Origin: Macrostomum lignano
Taxonomy: Eukaryota
Reading direction: 5' to 3'
Length of the DNA: 64,000 bases
Assembly (NCBI GenBank): GCA_002269645.1
Contig: NIVC01001301.1
Span: 25,954 to 89,953 of the forward strand
Program-made: the position numbers and the translations under genes
In this document: piece by piece, positions 63,685 to 64,000 of the stretch
Layout: each line of letters opens with the position of its first letter
How positions within the stretch are numbered: the stretch's first letter is position 1
Notes under the pieces: model-generated
The model's input: the letters and a program-made list of their open reading frames with translations, nothing else
Told to the model about the DNA's origin: nothing
Databases searched by the model: none

Positions 63685-63810
63685 TGTCTCATCGATTTTT
63701 TGATTTCTTATCGATTTATCGGTTTCTTATCGATTTATCGATTTTATCGATTTATCGATTTATCGATTTCTTATCGATTTACCGATTTCTTATCGATTTT
63801 TCGATTTCAT
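63685..63810. repeat. Short TATCGATT-based tandem repeat downstream of MORC
   Basis: Repeated ATCGAT palindromes seen directly. Confidence 0.8.
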
Positions 63811-64000
63811 TTTGTTCATCGCGCTTTGTCGGCCTTTTCTTGCTTAAATAGTTGTTTGGTTTCTAGTTCAGAGCTTAAGAGGATCTATAAAATCATCGCA
63901 CGCTTCTTTAAAGCTTTATAAGTTTACTAGCATTTGGTTGCGCATGTTCGGTTTTATTTTTTCAAGCATGCGTTAATCAAATCGTATAGTTAGAAAGTGT

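Overview
Eukaryotic, intron-containing animal DNA. The short introns swollen by many unrelated minisatellites, the GC-rich exons and the RTE remnant type suggest a free-living flatworm such as Macrostomum, but that is an inference. Genes supported from sequence: (1) an ERG/KCNH2-type K+ channel, entered mid-gene (+, 192-8193); (2,3) a head-to-head pair of diverged paralogous secreted proteins of an unnamed family (13686-14651 minus; 15047-18103 plus), whose signal-peptide exons I found by hand and whose ATGs are only about 395 bp apart; (4) a three-exon GPI-anchored Ly6/three-finger protein (24595-25216); (5) a TBP with an intronless core, flanked by a 73-bp direct repeat (54846-55502); (6) a MORC3/4-like GHKL ATPase with CW finger carrying several single-base frameshifts (58827-63529). 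Roughly half the window is tandem repeat, including an 18.5-kb 23-bp array with about 1.5 and 2.9-3.1 kb higher-order periods. Mobile DNA comprises a complete 1.5-kb non-autonomous LTR element (LTRs, PBS, PPT), a hAT-type MITE, an RTE LINE fragment and a tRNA-like remnant. There is no CRISPR array and no prokaryotic system. All calls were made by eye, with no database searches.
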